Shown here: positions 54,473-63,055 of the stretch, piece by piece
Position numbering within the stretch: position 1 is the first letter of the stretch
Layout: each line of letters begins with the position of its first letter
From: Niabella sp.
Lineage (GTDB): Bacteria > Bacteroidota > Bacteroidia > Chitinophagales > Chitinophagaceae
Assembly (NCBI GenBank): GCA_049841335.1
Contig: JASGDI010000051.1
Span: 11,201-75,200 of the forward strand
Direction: 5' to 3'
Length of the DNA: 64,000 nucleotides
Position numbers and translations under genes: made by a program
The notes under the pieces: generated by a model
Told to the model about the DNA's origin: nothing
What the model saw: only the letters and a program-made list of their open reading frames with translations
Databases searched by the model: none

Positions 54473-56119
54473 TTATTCGATCTTTGTTTTCCTTAGCTCC
54501 AGCAAATTCAGGGCATTGGGCGGAAACCCCTTCACGTTTTTTTGAACCAGGTGAATGACCTTATCATACCAAAGCGGTACCACAGGTGCATCATCAATAG
54601 CAATTTGGTCTGCTTTCCGGTATAATACATAACGAAGCGAATCGTTGGTTTCTTTTATAGCCTGTTCAAATACTTTATCAAATTCAGCGCTTTTATATCT
54701 CGTATAATTAGGCGGTGCGGGATTCTTGGAATAAAAAACCGATAAATAATTTTCCGCATCAGGATAATCTGCAATCCAGCCACCACGGAAAAAAGCCGCT
54801 TTGGAGCCCGACGTCATTTCATACAACAGGGATTTTTGAACTACCTCAACCTGTATAGGAATACCAATTTCTTCCAGCTGCTTGGCAATGAAATTTCCAA
54901 AATCAGCATATATGGAAATAGTCAATAATTTTATAGGCGGCAACCCTTTGCCATTTGGGAAGCCAGCCTCTTTTAAAAGCTGTGTAGCCTTTCCCGGGTT
55001 ATAGGAATACCCCTTCACAAGAGAGTCGTTAAAAGAAGGTAACCCCTTTGGCACAAAGCCGCTTTCAGCCGGTGTTCCCAGGGAGTTGCGTAAATAAAGG
55101 ATCATTTTTTTCCTGTCAAAACCATAGTTAATTGCTTGCCTTACCTTTTTTAATCGCAGTGGAGATGCTTTTATAAGCGGACTGGTGCTATCAACCAAAA
55201 AACCCAGGTACTCAATATTAAGATAAGGCTGGGTCTGTAGCTCTATTTTGTCTTTCCACATATCACGCAGCGTTCCTTTTTTAGTCAGCACTTCATCTTT
55301 AAAGCTGGGATCAAGTTCATTAATAAAGTCCAGCTGTCCCTGCCTGAAAAGCAGGAATTCTGTGGCCCGGCTGTCCTTAAAGCTGATCTTTATTCCATCT
55401 AAATAGGGAAGCTTATTCCCTGTGCTGTCCCGCTCAAAATAGTTTTCATTTTTAGCAAAGATCAGGGCCTGTCCTTCTTCCCATACCACAAATTTAAAAG
55501 GCCCTGTTCCCACGGGGTGCTGCCTGAAATCCGCTCCATACATGGCCACAGCCTCAGGTGCTACAACAGAGCAATATTGCATAGACAAAATACCTAATAC
55601 AGGCTGGTAGGGTTGCTGCAGCTTTAGCTGAAAGGTAGTATCGTTTAAAGCAGTAAAAGGCTGTATTGTGTCAACCTTACCATTAAAAATCCATGCCCCG
55701 GGGCTGGCGGTTTTAGGATCAATGATGCGGTTAAGACTAAATACTACATCCGCGGCAACCATTTTACGGCCTTTATTTTGAGGAAAGCAGGCATCGTTAT
55801 GAAATACCACATCGTTCCTTAAATAAAAAGTATAAGTGCGTTTATCTTCCGATATATGCCAGTGAGTAGCCAGCGATGGTTTAATATTAAGGCTGTCATC
55901 AATCTCCACCAGAGTATTAAATAACTGGTGCGCCGGCCACATGGTAGACTGGTTTTTGGCAAATGCAGGGTCGAGCGATGCAATGCCGGTATATTCATTA
56001 TAATGAAAAACCTGTTTGCCTTTTTTATTTTTAGAGAAGCAGGAACTTATAAAGCCCGGTAATGCAAACAGGATGATTAATTTCAACAGAGATGGATATT
56101 GTGCCCGAACGTTTATCAA
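54473..56119 (-). CDS. Solute-binding protein family 5 (peptide/nickel type) lipoprotein, no transporter partners nearby
   Basis: A 548-aa protein with the lipobox ...GFISSC. Its length and GGWIADYPDAENYL-type motifs are typical of family-5 SBPs. Confidence 0.75.
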   Translation of the reverse strand: MINVRAQYPSLLKLIILFALPGFISSCFSKNKKGKQVFHYNEYTGIASLDPAFAKNQSTMWPAHQLFNTLVEIDDSLNIKPSLATHWHISEDKRTYTFYLRNDVVFHNDACFPQNKGRKMVAADVVFSLNRIIDPKTASPGAWIFNGKVDTIQPFTALNDTTFQLKLQQPYQPVLGILSMQYCSVVAPEAVAMYGADFRQHPVGTGPFKFVVWEEGQALIFAKNENYFERDSTGNKLPYLDGIKISFKDSRATEFLLFRQGQLDFINELDPSFKDEVLTKKGTLRDMWKDKIELQTQPYLNIEYLGFLVDSTSPLIKASPLRLKKVRQAINYGFDRKKMILYLRNSLGTPAESGFVPKGLPSFNDSLVKGYSYNPGKATQLLKEAGFPNGKGLPPIKLLTISIYADFGNFIAKQLEEIGIPIQVEVVQKSLLYEMTSGSKAAFFRGGWIADYPDAENYLSVFYSKNPAPPNYTRYKSAEFDKVFEQAIKETNDSLRYVLYRKADQIAIDDAPVVPLWYDKVIHLVQKNVKGFPPNALNLLELRKTKIE

Positions 56120-56171
56120 TATTGTGAAATTATATAAGATTGAGGCCTAAATTTACGTCTTAATCACGCTT

Positions 56172-57836
56172 ATGGTTAAAAATTTTTATAAACTGCTGGG
56201 CCTAAGCTGGGCCATAATAGTATGTGCTGATGCGTATGCACAATCCGGCGCCTTAAATACAAAGTTTACCCGACAAGATACCCTGAGAGGCGGCTATGGT
56301 GAGGGACGCAAGGGCTGGGACGTATTAAAATATGACATCACTATTCTACCAGATCTAAAGGCTAAGACCATAAGCGGAAAAAATAAGATCACGTTTTATG
56401 ATACCGGCGCCGGAGTGATGCAGATCGACATGCAGGAACCCATGATCATTGACAGTGTTATATGTGGCGGAAAATCTCTGGCACTCACAAGAGAAGGTAA
56501 TGTTTATTGGGTTACTTTCAGAAACCCAAAGGCTAAGTACAAAATAAAGCCGGGACCAAAGGAAATAACTGCTTATTTTCACGGTAAACCTGTTGAGGCG
56601 AAAAGGGCTCCCTGGGATGGCGGATGGATCTGGACCAAAGATGAAGCAGGAAGAGACTGGGCCAGCGTTGCCTGCCAGGGGCTGGGTGCTAGCATATGGT
56701 ATCCCTGTAAAGACTACCAGGGCGACGAGCCGGATAACGGGGCTTCGTTAACTATCATTGTTCCTGATACATTAGTGGGTGTGGGCAACGGGCGTCTGGT
56801 CTCTGAAAAAAATAACGGAGACGGTACAGCCTCCTTCACCTGGGCTGTAAAAAACCCGATCAACAACTACAATATTATCCCTTACATAGGTAAGTATGTG
56901 AATTTCAACGATAAAATAGCGGGAGAAAAGGATTCTCTGGACCTGGGTTACTGGGTGCTGGACTATAACCTCGAAAAAGCCAAAAAACAGTTTGAAGTAG
57001 TAAAACCTATGATACAATGCTTTGAAAGCTGGATGGGGCCTTACCCTTTTTATGAAGACAGTTATAAGCTCATTGATGCACCGCACCTGGGAATGGAGCA
57101 TCAGAGTGGTGTAGCTTACGGAAATAAATACGGAATGGGATACCTGGGTCGTGATCTTAGCGGAACCGGCTGGGGCCTGAAATTTGATTTTATTATTGTA
57201 CATGAAAGCGGCCACGAATGGTTTGGCAACAACATTACTTCCAAAGATATAGCCGATATGTGGGTGCATGAAAGCTTTACCAACTACAGCGAAGCCTTAT
57301 TTACCGAATGCATGTTTGGCAAACAAGCCGGCAGTGAATATGTGATTGGTACCAGGAAAAATATACTGAATGACAAACCAATTATCGGTACTTATGGCGT
57401 AAATAATGAAGGCAGTGGTGATATGTATTACAAAGGAGGTAATATGCTGCATACTATAAGGCAGATGATTGATAATGATGCAGCATTTAAAGATATTTTA
57501 AGAGGATTGGGAAAAGATTTTTATCATAAAACAGTGACCGGCCAGGAAATAGAGCGTTACATGACCCAAAAAAGCGGGAAGGATCTGAGCCACATATTTG
57601 ACCAATACCTGCGTACCACCAGCATACCAGAATTACAGTACAAAAAGGAAGGGGATATGATTTCATATAAATGGGCCAACGTGGTAAAAGGGTTTAATAT
57701 GCCGGTAAAGCTCACTAATGGCAAATGGATATACCCAACAGAAGCCTCAAAAAAAATAGCGGTAAAAGAAGCCGGAGGTTCTGGTCTTAGAGTTGTGCCC
57801 GATTTTTATATCAGGATCAAAGCGCTTAACAGTTAA
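56172..57836 (+). CDS. M1-family zinc metallopeptidase
   Basis: It has a signal peptide, the HEXXH motif (VHESGHEWFGN), and the downstream Glu (WVHESFTNY). Confidence 0.85.
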   Translation: MVKNFYKLLGLSWAIIVCADAYAQSGALNTKFTRQDTLRGGYGEGRKGWDVLKYDITILPDLKAKTISGKNKITFYDTGAGVMQIDMQEPMIIDSVICGGKSLALTREGNVYWVTFRNPKAKYKIKPGPKEITAYFHGKPVEAKRAPWDGGWIWTKDEAGRDWASVACQGLGASIWYPCKDYQGDEPDNGASLTIIVPDTLVGVGNGRLVSEKNNGDGTASFTWAVKNPINNYNIIPYIGKYVNFNDKIAGEKDSLDLGYWVLDYNLEKAKKQFEVVKPMIQCFESWMGPYPFYEDSYKLIDAPHLGMEHQSGVAYGNKYGMGYLGRDLSGTGWGLKFDFIIVHESGHEWFGNNITSKDIADMWVHESFTNYSEALFTECMFGKQAGSEYVIGTRKNILNDKPIIGTYGVNNEGSGDMYYKGGNMLHTIRQMIDNDAAFKDILRGLGKDFYHKTVTGQEIERYMTQKSGKDLSHIFDQYLRTTSIPELQYKKEGDMISYKWANVVKGFNMPVKLTNGKWIYPTEASKKIAVKEAGGSGLRVVPDFYIRIKALNS

Positions 57837-57848
57837 CAGCGAATATTT

Positions 57849-57941
57849 GCCACAAATACACGAATAGGTACCTGGCGCGCATCATTTAGTATCATTTTAA
57901 CTATAAAGAGCTCTTATCACACTAATTCGTGTATTCGTGGC
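57849..57941. repeat. 17-bp inverted repeat (1 mismatch) flanking a 58-nt spacer
   Basis: The arms are gccacaaatacacgaat(57849-65) and attcgtgtattcgtggc(57925-41). The spacer holds the stutter atcatttagtatcatttta and the palindrome aagagctctt (57906-15). Confidence 0.65.
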
Positions 57942-58082
57942 ATACAGTACTCAAGCTTATAAGAAGCCTAAACCTGTCAGATTAAATCACTGCCCTTGTT
58001 GGTGTTTTTCACCAACGATACTGCGAAAAACTTTTGTGCACCCAGCCCCTTGTTAACCTTCCAACTTATCAATATAAAATCC

Positions 58083-58090
58083 TATCTTTG
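58083..58090 (+). promoter_or_regulatory. -7 box TAtcTTTG for rpsF operon
   Basis: tatctttg lies 81 nt upstream of the rpsF ATG. Confidence 0.55.
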
Positions 58091-58171
58091 CAGCCCCTTA
58101 GCAAAAAAGCTGGGGACATTTTTTTATTTTTTAACCTGCCTGTCGGGCAGACAGGCTAAATTTCAAGGGTA
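58091..58171 (+). promoter_or_regulatory. Structured rpsF leader (terminator-like hairpin + second hairpin)
   Basis: The first hairpin is cccc(tt)agc-aaaaaa-gctgggg, followed by acatttttttatttttt. The second is gcctgtc-gggca-gacaggc, just before the start codon. Confidence 0.4.
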
Positions 58172-58528
58172 ATGAACAATTATGAATTGATGGTGATTTT
58201 TACCCCGGTTTTAAGCGAAGATGAGTTTAAAGCTGCTCAAAAAAAGTTTACCAACCTGGTAACTGAAGCAGGAGGCTCTATCGTTCATGAAAATCCATGG
58301 GGATTGAAATCACTGGCGTATCCTATCCAGAAAAAAACTACTGGTTTATACTGGGTACTGGAGTATACTGCGCCATCCGACTTCAATGAGAAGCTGAAAA
58401 TACAGCTTCTTCGCGACGAATCAGTACTTCGTCATCTATGCACTAAACTCGACAAATACGCCGTTGAGTATAATGCTAAAAAGGCAAGTGGCGTAAAAAC
58501 AGGAACCGAAAAAGCAGTGGAGGCTTAA
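58172..58528 (+). CDS. rpsF: 30S ribosomal protein S6
   Basis: The translation [12 protein letters not shown]...[15 protein letters not shown] is a typical S6. Confidence 0.95.
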   Translation: MNNYELMVIFTPVLSEDEFKAAQKKFTNLVTEAGGSIVHENPWGLKSLAYPIQKKTTGLYWVLEYTAPSDFNEKLKIQLLRDESVLRHLCTKLDKYAVEYNAKKASGVKTGTEKAVEA

Positions 58529-58532
58529 TAGT

Positions 58533-58796
58533 ATGGCAAAGAATGAAATAAAATACCTTACCGCCATTAAAAGCGACAAACGTGTAAAGAAATTCTGCCG
58601 CTTTAAAAAATATGGTATCCGTTACGTTGATTATAAAGACGTTGAGTTTCTTAAAAAATTCCTGAACGAACAAGGTAAATTGTTACCCCGCCGCTTGACC
58701 GGTAACAGCTTAAAATTCCAGCGCAGGGTTTCTGATGCTGTGAAAAAAGCACGCCAGATGGCTCTTTTACCTTACGTTACAGATCTTTTGAAATAG
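58533..58796 (+). CDS. rpsR: 30S ribosomal protein S18
   Basis: The translation reads [39 protein letters not shown]...[10 protein letters not shown]. Confidence 0.95.
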   Translation: MAKNEIKYLTAIKSDKRVKKFCRFKKYGIRYVDYKDVEFLKKFLNEQGKLLPRRLTGNSLKFQRRVSDAVKKARQMALLPYVTDLLK

Positions 58797-58802
58797 TCAA
58801 TA

Positions 58803-58854
58803 GTGAGTAGTCAATGATAAATTTAAAATTGACTATTGACCATTTACTACTCAC
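58803..58854. repeat. Word-stutter hairpin, family 3, between rpsR and rplI
   Basis: The stems are gtgagtag(58803-10)/ctactcac(58847-54) and tcaat/attga. The words agtcaat and attgac are each duplicated. attgaccatt (58835-44) recurs at 35162-71. Confidence 0.55.
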
Positions 58855-58941
58855 CCAATTAGTAACCTTCCCTAATTCCGGCATATAAACGGAAGACAGT
58901 CACAATCTACGATTGGGCAAAAGGGAACTAAAAATAATACA

Positions 58942-59388
58942 ATGGAAGTAATTTTAATACAGGACGTTGATAACCTGGGCGCTGCCAACGAGGTAGTAAA
59001 TGTAAAAAACGGTTACGCACGTAACTTTTTATTACCCCGTAAATTAGCAGTTGAAAACAGCGCTGGCAACAAAAAGCAGCTGGAAGAAAGGCTTAAACAA
59101 GCCAAAAAGAAAGAAGATGCTATGCTTGCAGCGATTAATGATGTTATCAGCAAACTAAGCGCTTCTCCTTTAAAAATTGGTGCTAAAACCGGTACTACCG
59201 GCAAAATTTTCGGTAGCGTAACCAACCTCCAGATCAGCAGGGCTATCCGCGAGCAAAAGGGTTATGAAATTGATCGGAAGAAAATCCAGATTAATGAAGA
59301 AGTAAAAGAATTAGGTACGCACAAAGCTACTATAGATTTTGGCAACGGCCACTCTACCGAGCTGGAATTTGAAGTAGTTGCAGAATAA
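58942..59388 (+). CDS. rplI: 50S ribosomal protein L9
   Basis: The translation MEVILIQDVDNLGAANEVVNVKNGYARNFLLPRKLA is a typical L9. Confidence 0.95.
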   Translation: MEVILIQDVDNLGAANEVVNVKNGYARNFLLPRKLAVENSAGNKKQLEERLKQAKKKEDAMLAAINDVISKLSASPLKIGAKTGTTGKIFGSVTNLQISRAIREQKGYEIDRKKIQINEEVKELGTHKATIDFGNGHSTELEFEVVAE

Positions 59389-59414
59389 TTTTTACACGCT
59401 GAAAATAATTTTTC

Positions 59415-59441
59415 CGCCCGGCTTGAAAGCCGGGCGTTTTT
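59415..59441 (+). terminator. Rho-independent terminator after rplI
   Basis: The stem is cgcccggc/gccgggcg with loop ttgaaa, followed by ttttt. Confidence 0.8.
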
Positions 59442-59491
59442 GTGATTACCTGGTAAAAATAAATTTATTTCTGATACCATAAAATTACCAG

Positions 59492-59499
59492 TATATTTG
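59492..59499 (+). promoter_or_regulatory. -7 box TAtaTTTG for the RRM protein gene
   Basis: tatatttg lies about 108 nt upstream of the ATG at 59608, implying a long leader. Confidence 0.4.
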
Positions 59500-59607
59500 C
59501 AATATTATTATGGTGTATATTCAGTATTAAGGTTCCATGCTACATAAATGTTCATTGATCTTGGTTACTGTTTCTCACTTTCTTTTAATTTTTTTAAAAC
59601 AAAAAAA

Positions 59608-59967
59608 ATGAACATTTACGTTGGTAATTTAAGCTGGAATTTAAAAGACCAGGATTTACAGGACCTATTCGGCCAGCACGGAGAAGTATCTTCAGCAAAA
59701 ATAGTTTTAGACAAATTCACAAACCGCAGCAAAGGCTTTGGTTTTGTTGAAATGGCAAATAACGACGAAGCACAGGCTGCAATCACTGCCTTAAATGGTA
59801 CAGAGCTGGATGGCAGAAATATTGTAGTAAACGAAAGCCGTCCCAAAGAAGGCGGTAACAGCGGTGGATTCAAAAAAAGAAGCTTTGGTGGTAACAGCGG
59901 CGGCGGTTACAGGAAAAGCAGCGGTGGCTATGGTGGCGGATATCGCGACCGCAGCAACGATTATTAG
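59608..59967 (+). CDS. RNA-binding protein, RRM domain with Gly-rich C-terminal tail
   Basis: I prefer the ATG at 59608 (MNIYVGNLSWNL = RNP2). RNP1 is KGFGFVEM. The tail is GGNSGGFKKRSFGGNSGGGYRKSSGGYGGGYRDR. Confidence 0.85.
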   Translation: MNIYVGNLSWNLKDQDLQDLFGQHGEVSSAKIVLDKFTNRSKGFGFVEMANNDEAQAAITALNGTELDGRNIVVNESRPKEGGNSGGFKKRSFGGNSGGGYRKSSGGYGGGYRDRSNDY

Positions 59968-59991
59968 TATTCTTAATAACTGATTTTTTAT

Positions 59992-60022
59992 AAGCCCGTA
60001 CAAACTACGGGCTTAATTTTTT
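59992..60022 (+). terminator. Rho-independent terminator after the RRM gene
   Basis: The stem is aagcccgta/tacgggctt, followed by aatttttt. Confidence 0.75.
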
Positions 60023-60069
60023 ACTACCTAATATTTGTGATGCACAAACATATATAACATTAATATCCT

Positions 60070-60077
60070 TACTTTTG
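60070..60077 (+). promoter_or_regulatory. -7 box TActTTTG
   Basis: tacttttg lies 23 nt upstream of the ATG at 60101. Confidence 0.45.
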
Positions 60078-60100
60078 CGTCTGTTTAAAATTTATATCCA

Positions 60101-60604
60101 ATGAAATTAAAATTAACATTAGGACTGGCTTTAACATGTTTGGCCACAGGTTTATTTGCGCAAAGCGATTACAAGCAATCTATTGGTCTCAGATTGGGAA
60201 GTGGCTATTACGATGTTGCATCCGCAGCATACAAAACCTTTATGAATAATGCCTCCGCATTAGAGTTCAACCTTGGTATTCGCCCTTATAGTGCTGGCTC
60301 CTATAAATGGACCAATGTATCGGCATCCGGTGCTTACCAGCATCATTTTGACATTAAACCTGTAGAAGGGTTAAAATGGTTTATTGGCGGGGGTGTTGTA
60401 GTATCCAACTCTTTTTCCAACTTCGATGATCGTCAAGGATTAAGCGTAGGATTATTTCCAACTGGAGGCGCAGATTACAAGTTCAAAAAGATTCCTTTGG
60501 CAGTTTCTGCAGATGTAAGGCCTACCTTCCACGTTGTAGAGGCTTACAAATATTATAACAGTTTCTATCCTAATGCTGGTGTATCAGCAAGATATACGTT
60601 CTAA
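60101..60604 (+). CDS. Small outer-membrane beta-barrel protein (about 8 strands, OmpX/OmpW-size)
   Basis: It has the signal peptide ...GLFA-Q and alternating hydrophobic strands. The C-terminus is GVSARYTF, with a terminal aromatic residue. Confidence 0.55.
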   Translation: MKLKLTLGLALTCLATGLFAQSDYKQSIGLRLGSGYYDVASAAYKTFMNNASALEFNLGIRPYSAGSYKWTNVSASGAYQHHFDIKPVEGLKWFIGGGVVVSNSFSNFDDRQGLSVGLFPTGGADYKFKKIPLAVSADVRPTFHVVEAYKYYNSFYPNAGVSARYTF

Positions 60605-60641
60605 ATCTGCCCCGGCGGCTCAATTGGGACACAAATAATAC

Positions 60642-60678
60642 AAAAACCATCAAATACAGTATTTGATGGTTTTTTATT
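60642..60678 (+). terminator. Rho-independent terminator (15-bp stem)
   Basis: The stem is aaaaaccatcaaata/tatttgatggttttt, followed by a T-run. Confidence 0.75.
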
Positions 60679-60923
60679 GCCCTAAATATAGGGTGGTATA
60701 AATATTTTTCCGGATTTACGTGTTGCAACACTGATCAAAAAAGGAAGTTATTTCAGGTCAGTACAATGCGGTCAAAATAGATTTTATCTATTAAACGCTA
60801 AAATAGTATCTATAAATAAAAAAAATAATAAGTAAATGACAAAAGTTATAAAAAAATGTGAAAATTTATAACTTTTATTAACATTCGTTTGGAAGCTCAC
60901 ATTTATCGTTGTATCTTCGGAGT

Positions 60924-61002
60924 GAATTTTCATAGGATAAGGTTTAATGGTTAATGGTTTTTGATGAAGTCCCCAACATCTTTAATGTAGGGGACTTTTT
61001 TT
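60924..61002 (+). ncRNA. Candidate small RNA: orphan promoter-to-terminator unit without an ORF
   Basis: A TTG at 60889-91 lies 20 nt before TAtcTTcG (60912-19). A strong + strand terminator follows: aagtcccc(60967-74)/ggggactt(60990-97), an inner stem acat/atgt, and a T8 run. The body contains the stutter aaggtttaatggttaatggttttt. Only ORFs of 11 aa or fewer fit inside. Confidence 0.3.
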
Positions 61003-61026
61003 ATTGTAATATCCTGATCTTTAATC

Positions 61027-61953
61027 CTATACGTTGCGCGATTCTTCCAGTATTACTTTTCTGGCACTTATTTTCAGCTCATAGCAGGCTCCCACCTTCA
61101 GGGCATAATTCTCCTTGTTATGGCTTACAGGGAAATCAAAGCACACCGGATAGCCAAATTCCTTAACGGTATCGTATATAACTTCCTGCACTGTAGCACC
61201 AAAGGGTCTTTCCGTATCCTGGGTATCAGCAAAGCAACCCACAATAAGCCCGGCCAGATCATTCAGTTTCCCGCTACGTTTTAACTGGTACATCATACGG
61301 TCTATAGCATATTTCTGCTCACCTATATCTTCAATAAAAAGGAGACGTCCTTTGGTTTTAATTTCAGATGCCGTACCAATACCATTCACCAATAATGCCA
61401 GGTTGCCTCCTACTAATTCACCTATAGCTTTACCATTCCTGTTTAAATCATGGGCGTCACAAGTGTATCGGGCCCGTTTCCCTTCAAGGGCTTCTTTTAA
61501 CGAAAGCACATACTTATTTTTATACGCTTCATCATTGAATGCGGCTGCCATAGGTGCATGCAGCGATGATATGCGATAATTGACATACAGATGCGTATGA
61601 AATATTGTTATATCGCTAAAGCCTATCACCCATTTGGGTTTCTTTTTAAATTTTTTGAAACTGATCTTATCAATTATCCGGCCCATACCATAACCTCCCC
61701 GTCCGCAAAGCACCGCCTGCACTTCATCATCATCAAGCATAGTCTGGAAATCGTTTATCCTTTCCTCATCCGTACCTGAAAAGTAAGTTTCAGAATGGCT
61801 GCCTAATGTCATGCCTGCTTTTACTTTATAGCCCCATTCTTCTTTTAATACACGTACACATTCTGCTGCTTTTTCAAATGCCATATAACCGGCGGGGCAT
61901 ACAACACCTATAGTGTCGCCAGGTTTCAGGTATGGAGGAGTTTTTATGATCAT
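61027..61953 (-). CDS. ldcA: LD-carboxypeptidase (peptidase S66), cytoplasmic form
   Basis: The translation is MIIKTPPYLKPGDTIGVVCPAG... It has GFSDIT (nucleophile Ser), FIEDIGE (Glu) and DFPVSH (His). Confidence 0.85.
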   Translation of the reverse strand: MIIKTPPYLKPGDTIGVVCPAGYMAFEKAAECVRVLKEEWGYKVKAGMTLGSHSETYFSGTDEERINDFQTMLDDDEVQAVLCGRGGYGMGRIIDKISFKKFKKKPKWVIGFSDITIFHTHLYVNYRISSLHAPMAAAFNDEAYKNKYVLSLKEALEGKRARYTCDAHDLNRNGKAIGELVGGNLALLVNGIGTASEIKTKGRLLFIEDIGEQKYAIDRMMYQLKRSGKLNDLAGLIVGCFADTQDTERPFGATVQEVIYDTVKEFGYPVCFDFPVSHNKENYALKVGACYELKISARKVILEESRNV

Positions 61954-62041
61954 TACTTTTTTCTATGGTATAGTTATAAATAAGCTTCCTCAAAATGCTA
62001 CAGTTAGTTTTGAGGTAAGCAGGAAACAATTTAAATAAAAT

Positions 62042-63055
62042 TCAGACAGAAACAAGTGTAGTTCCGCTTTGTGATATATTCAGCTCATGCAGAGCACCAC
62101 ACTTTAAAGCGAAATTATCTATTTGGTGCCCCACCGGAAAGTCGAAGCACACAGGATAATTATACTCTTTTACTTTTTCTGAAATGATATCATAAATGGT
62201 CTGGCCAAAATACTCACCCGGGTCATCCTGCTTTACTTTAATGCCTCCTATTATAAGGCCGGCCAGCCCCGAAAGCTTATGGCACCTCTTTAAATTCCAG
62301 AACATCCGGTCTATACTGTAGAGGTACTCTCCCGTATCCTCCACAAAAAGCAGTTTTCCCTCTGTAGTAATATCAGAAGAAGAGCCTGCAAGGCTTTCCA
62401 GCGTTTTTAAATTGCCTCCTACCAGCAGTCCTTTTGCTTTACCGGTACGGTTATAATCAGATGCAGGGGCTTTATATTCCATCTTCTCCCCGGTTAGCGC
62501 TTTGTATATCGACTCAATAGTTTGCTTCTGCAGCAGACTTGCACTATCCCATACATCAGGGAAACTGTTGCACATTTTGGAATGAATAGTGGCGATGCCT
62601 GAATTTTTGTGAATATGTGAGTGCAAAACGGTTATATCGCTAAAGCCTATTATCCATTTAGGGTTTTGCTTAAATTTATCCCAGTTCAGTTGATCCACTA
62701 TTCTTACTGAACCATAGCCGCCACGTGCGCACATTATGGCCTTTACCTGCGGATCATCCAGCATCAGTTGCAAATCTTCTAAACGCTCGCTGTCAGTACC
62801 TCCAAAAGTATAGTTACGTTTACCAATTGTATAGCCTACCCGTATTTTGAATCCCCATTGCTGCAGTAAGGTAGCTGCGGGAATAATCGCCTCCCGGGTC
62901 ATATATCCTGCCGGAGAGGTTATCCCGATCATATCCCCTTTTTTTAAGTAAGGAGGAATGATAATTTTGGTATCACTTACCCGTTTTGCACTAAGCTGTA
63001 AAAACGGGGCAGCAGCTAAGGCAGCCGTAGCAGTAATAAATTTTTTACGATTCAT
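62042..63055 (-). CDS. LD-carboxypeptidase (peptidase S66) paralogue with N-terminal export signal
   Basis: I prefer the ATG at 63055 (MNRKKFITATAALAAAPFLQLSA). It has GFSDIT, FVEDTGE and DFPVGH. Confidence 0.8.
   Translation of the reverse strand: MNRKKFITATAALAAAPFLQLSAKRVSDTKIIIPPYLKKGDMIGITSPAGYMTREAIIPAATLLQQWGFKIRVGYTIGKRNYTFGGTDSERLEDLQLMLDDPQVKAIMCARGGYGSVRIVDQLNWDKFKQNPKWIIGFSDITVLHSHIHKNSGIATIHSKMCNSFPDVWDSASLLQKQTIESIYKALTGEKMEYKAPASDYNRTGKAKGLLVGGNLKTLESLAGSSSDITTEGKLLFVEDTGEYLYSIDRMFWNLKRCHKLSGLAGLIIGGIKVKQDDPGEYFGQTIYDIISEKVKEYNYPVCFDFPVGHQIDNFALKCGALHELNISQSGTTLVSV

Noticed and set aside
60954-61166. 70-aa + strand ORF (MVFDEVPNIFNVGDFFYCNIL...)
   Set aside because: It reads straight through a strong intrinsic terminator and then runs antisense into the LD-carboxypeptidase gene. 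It is not credible as coding.
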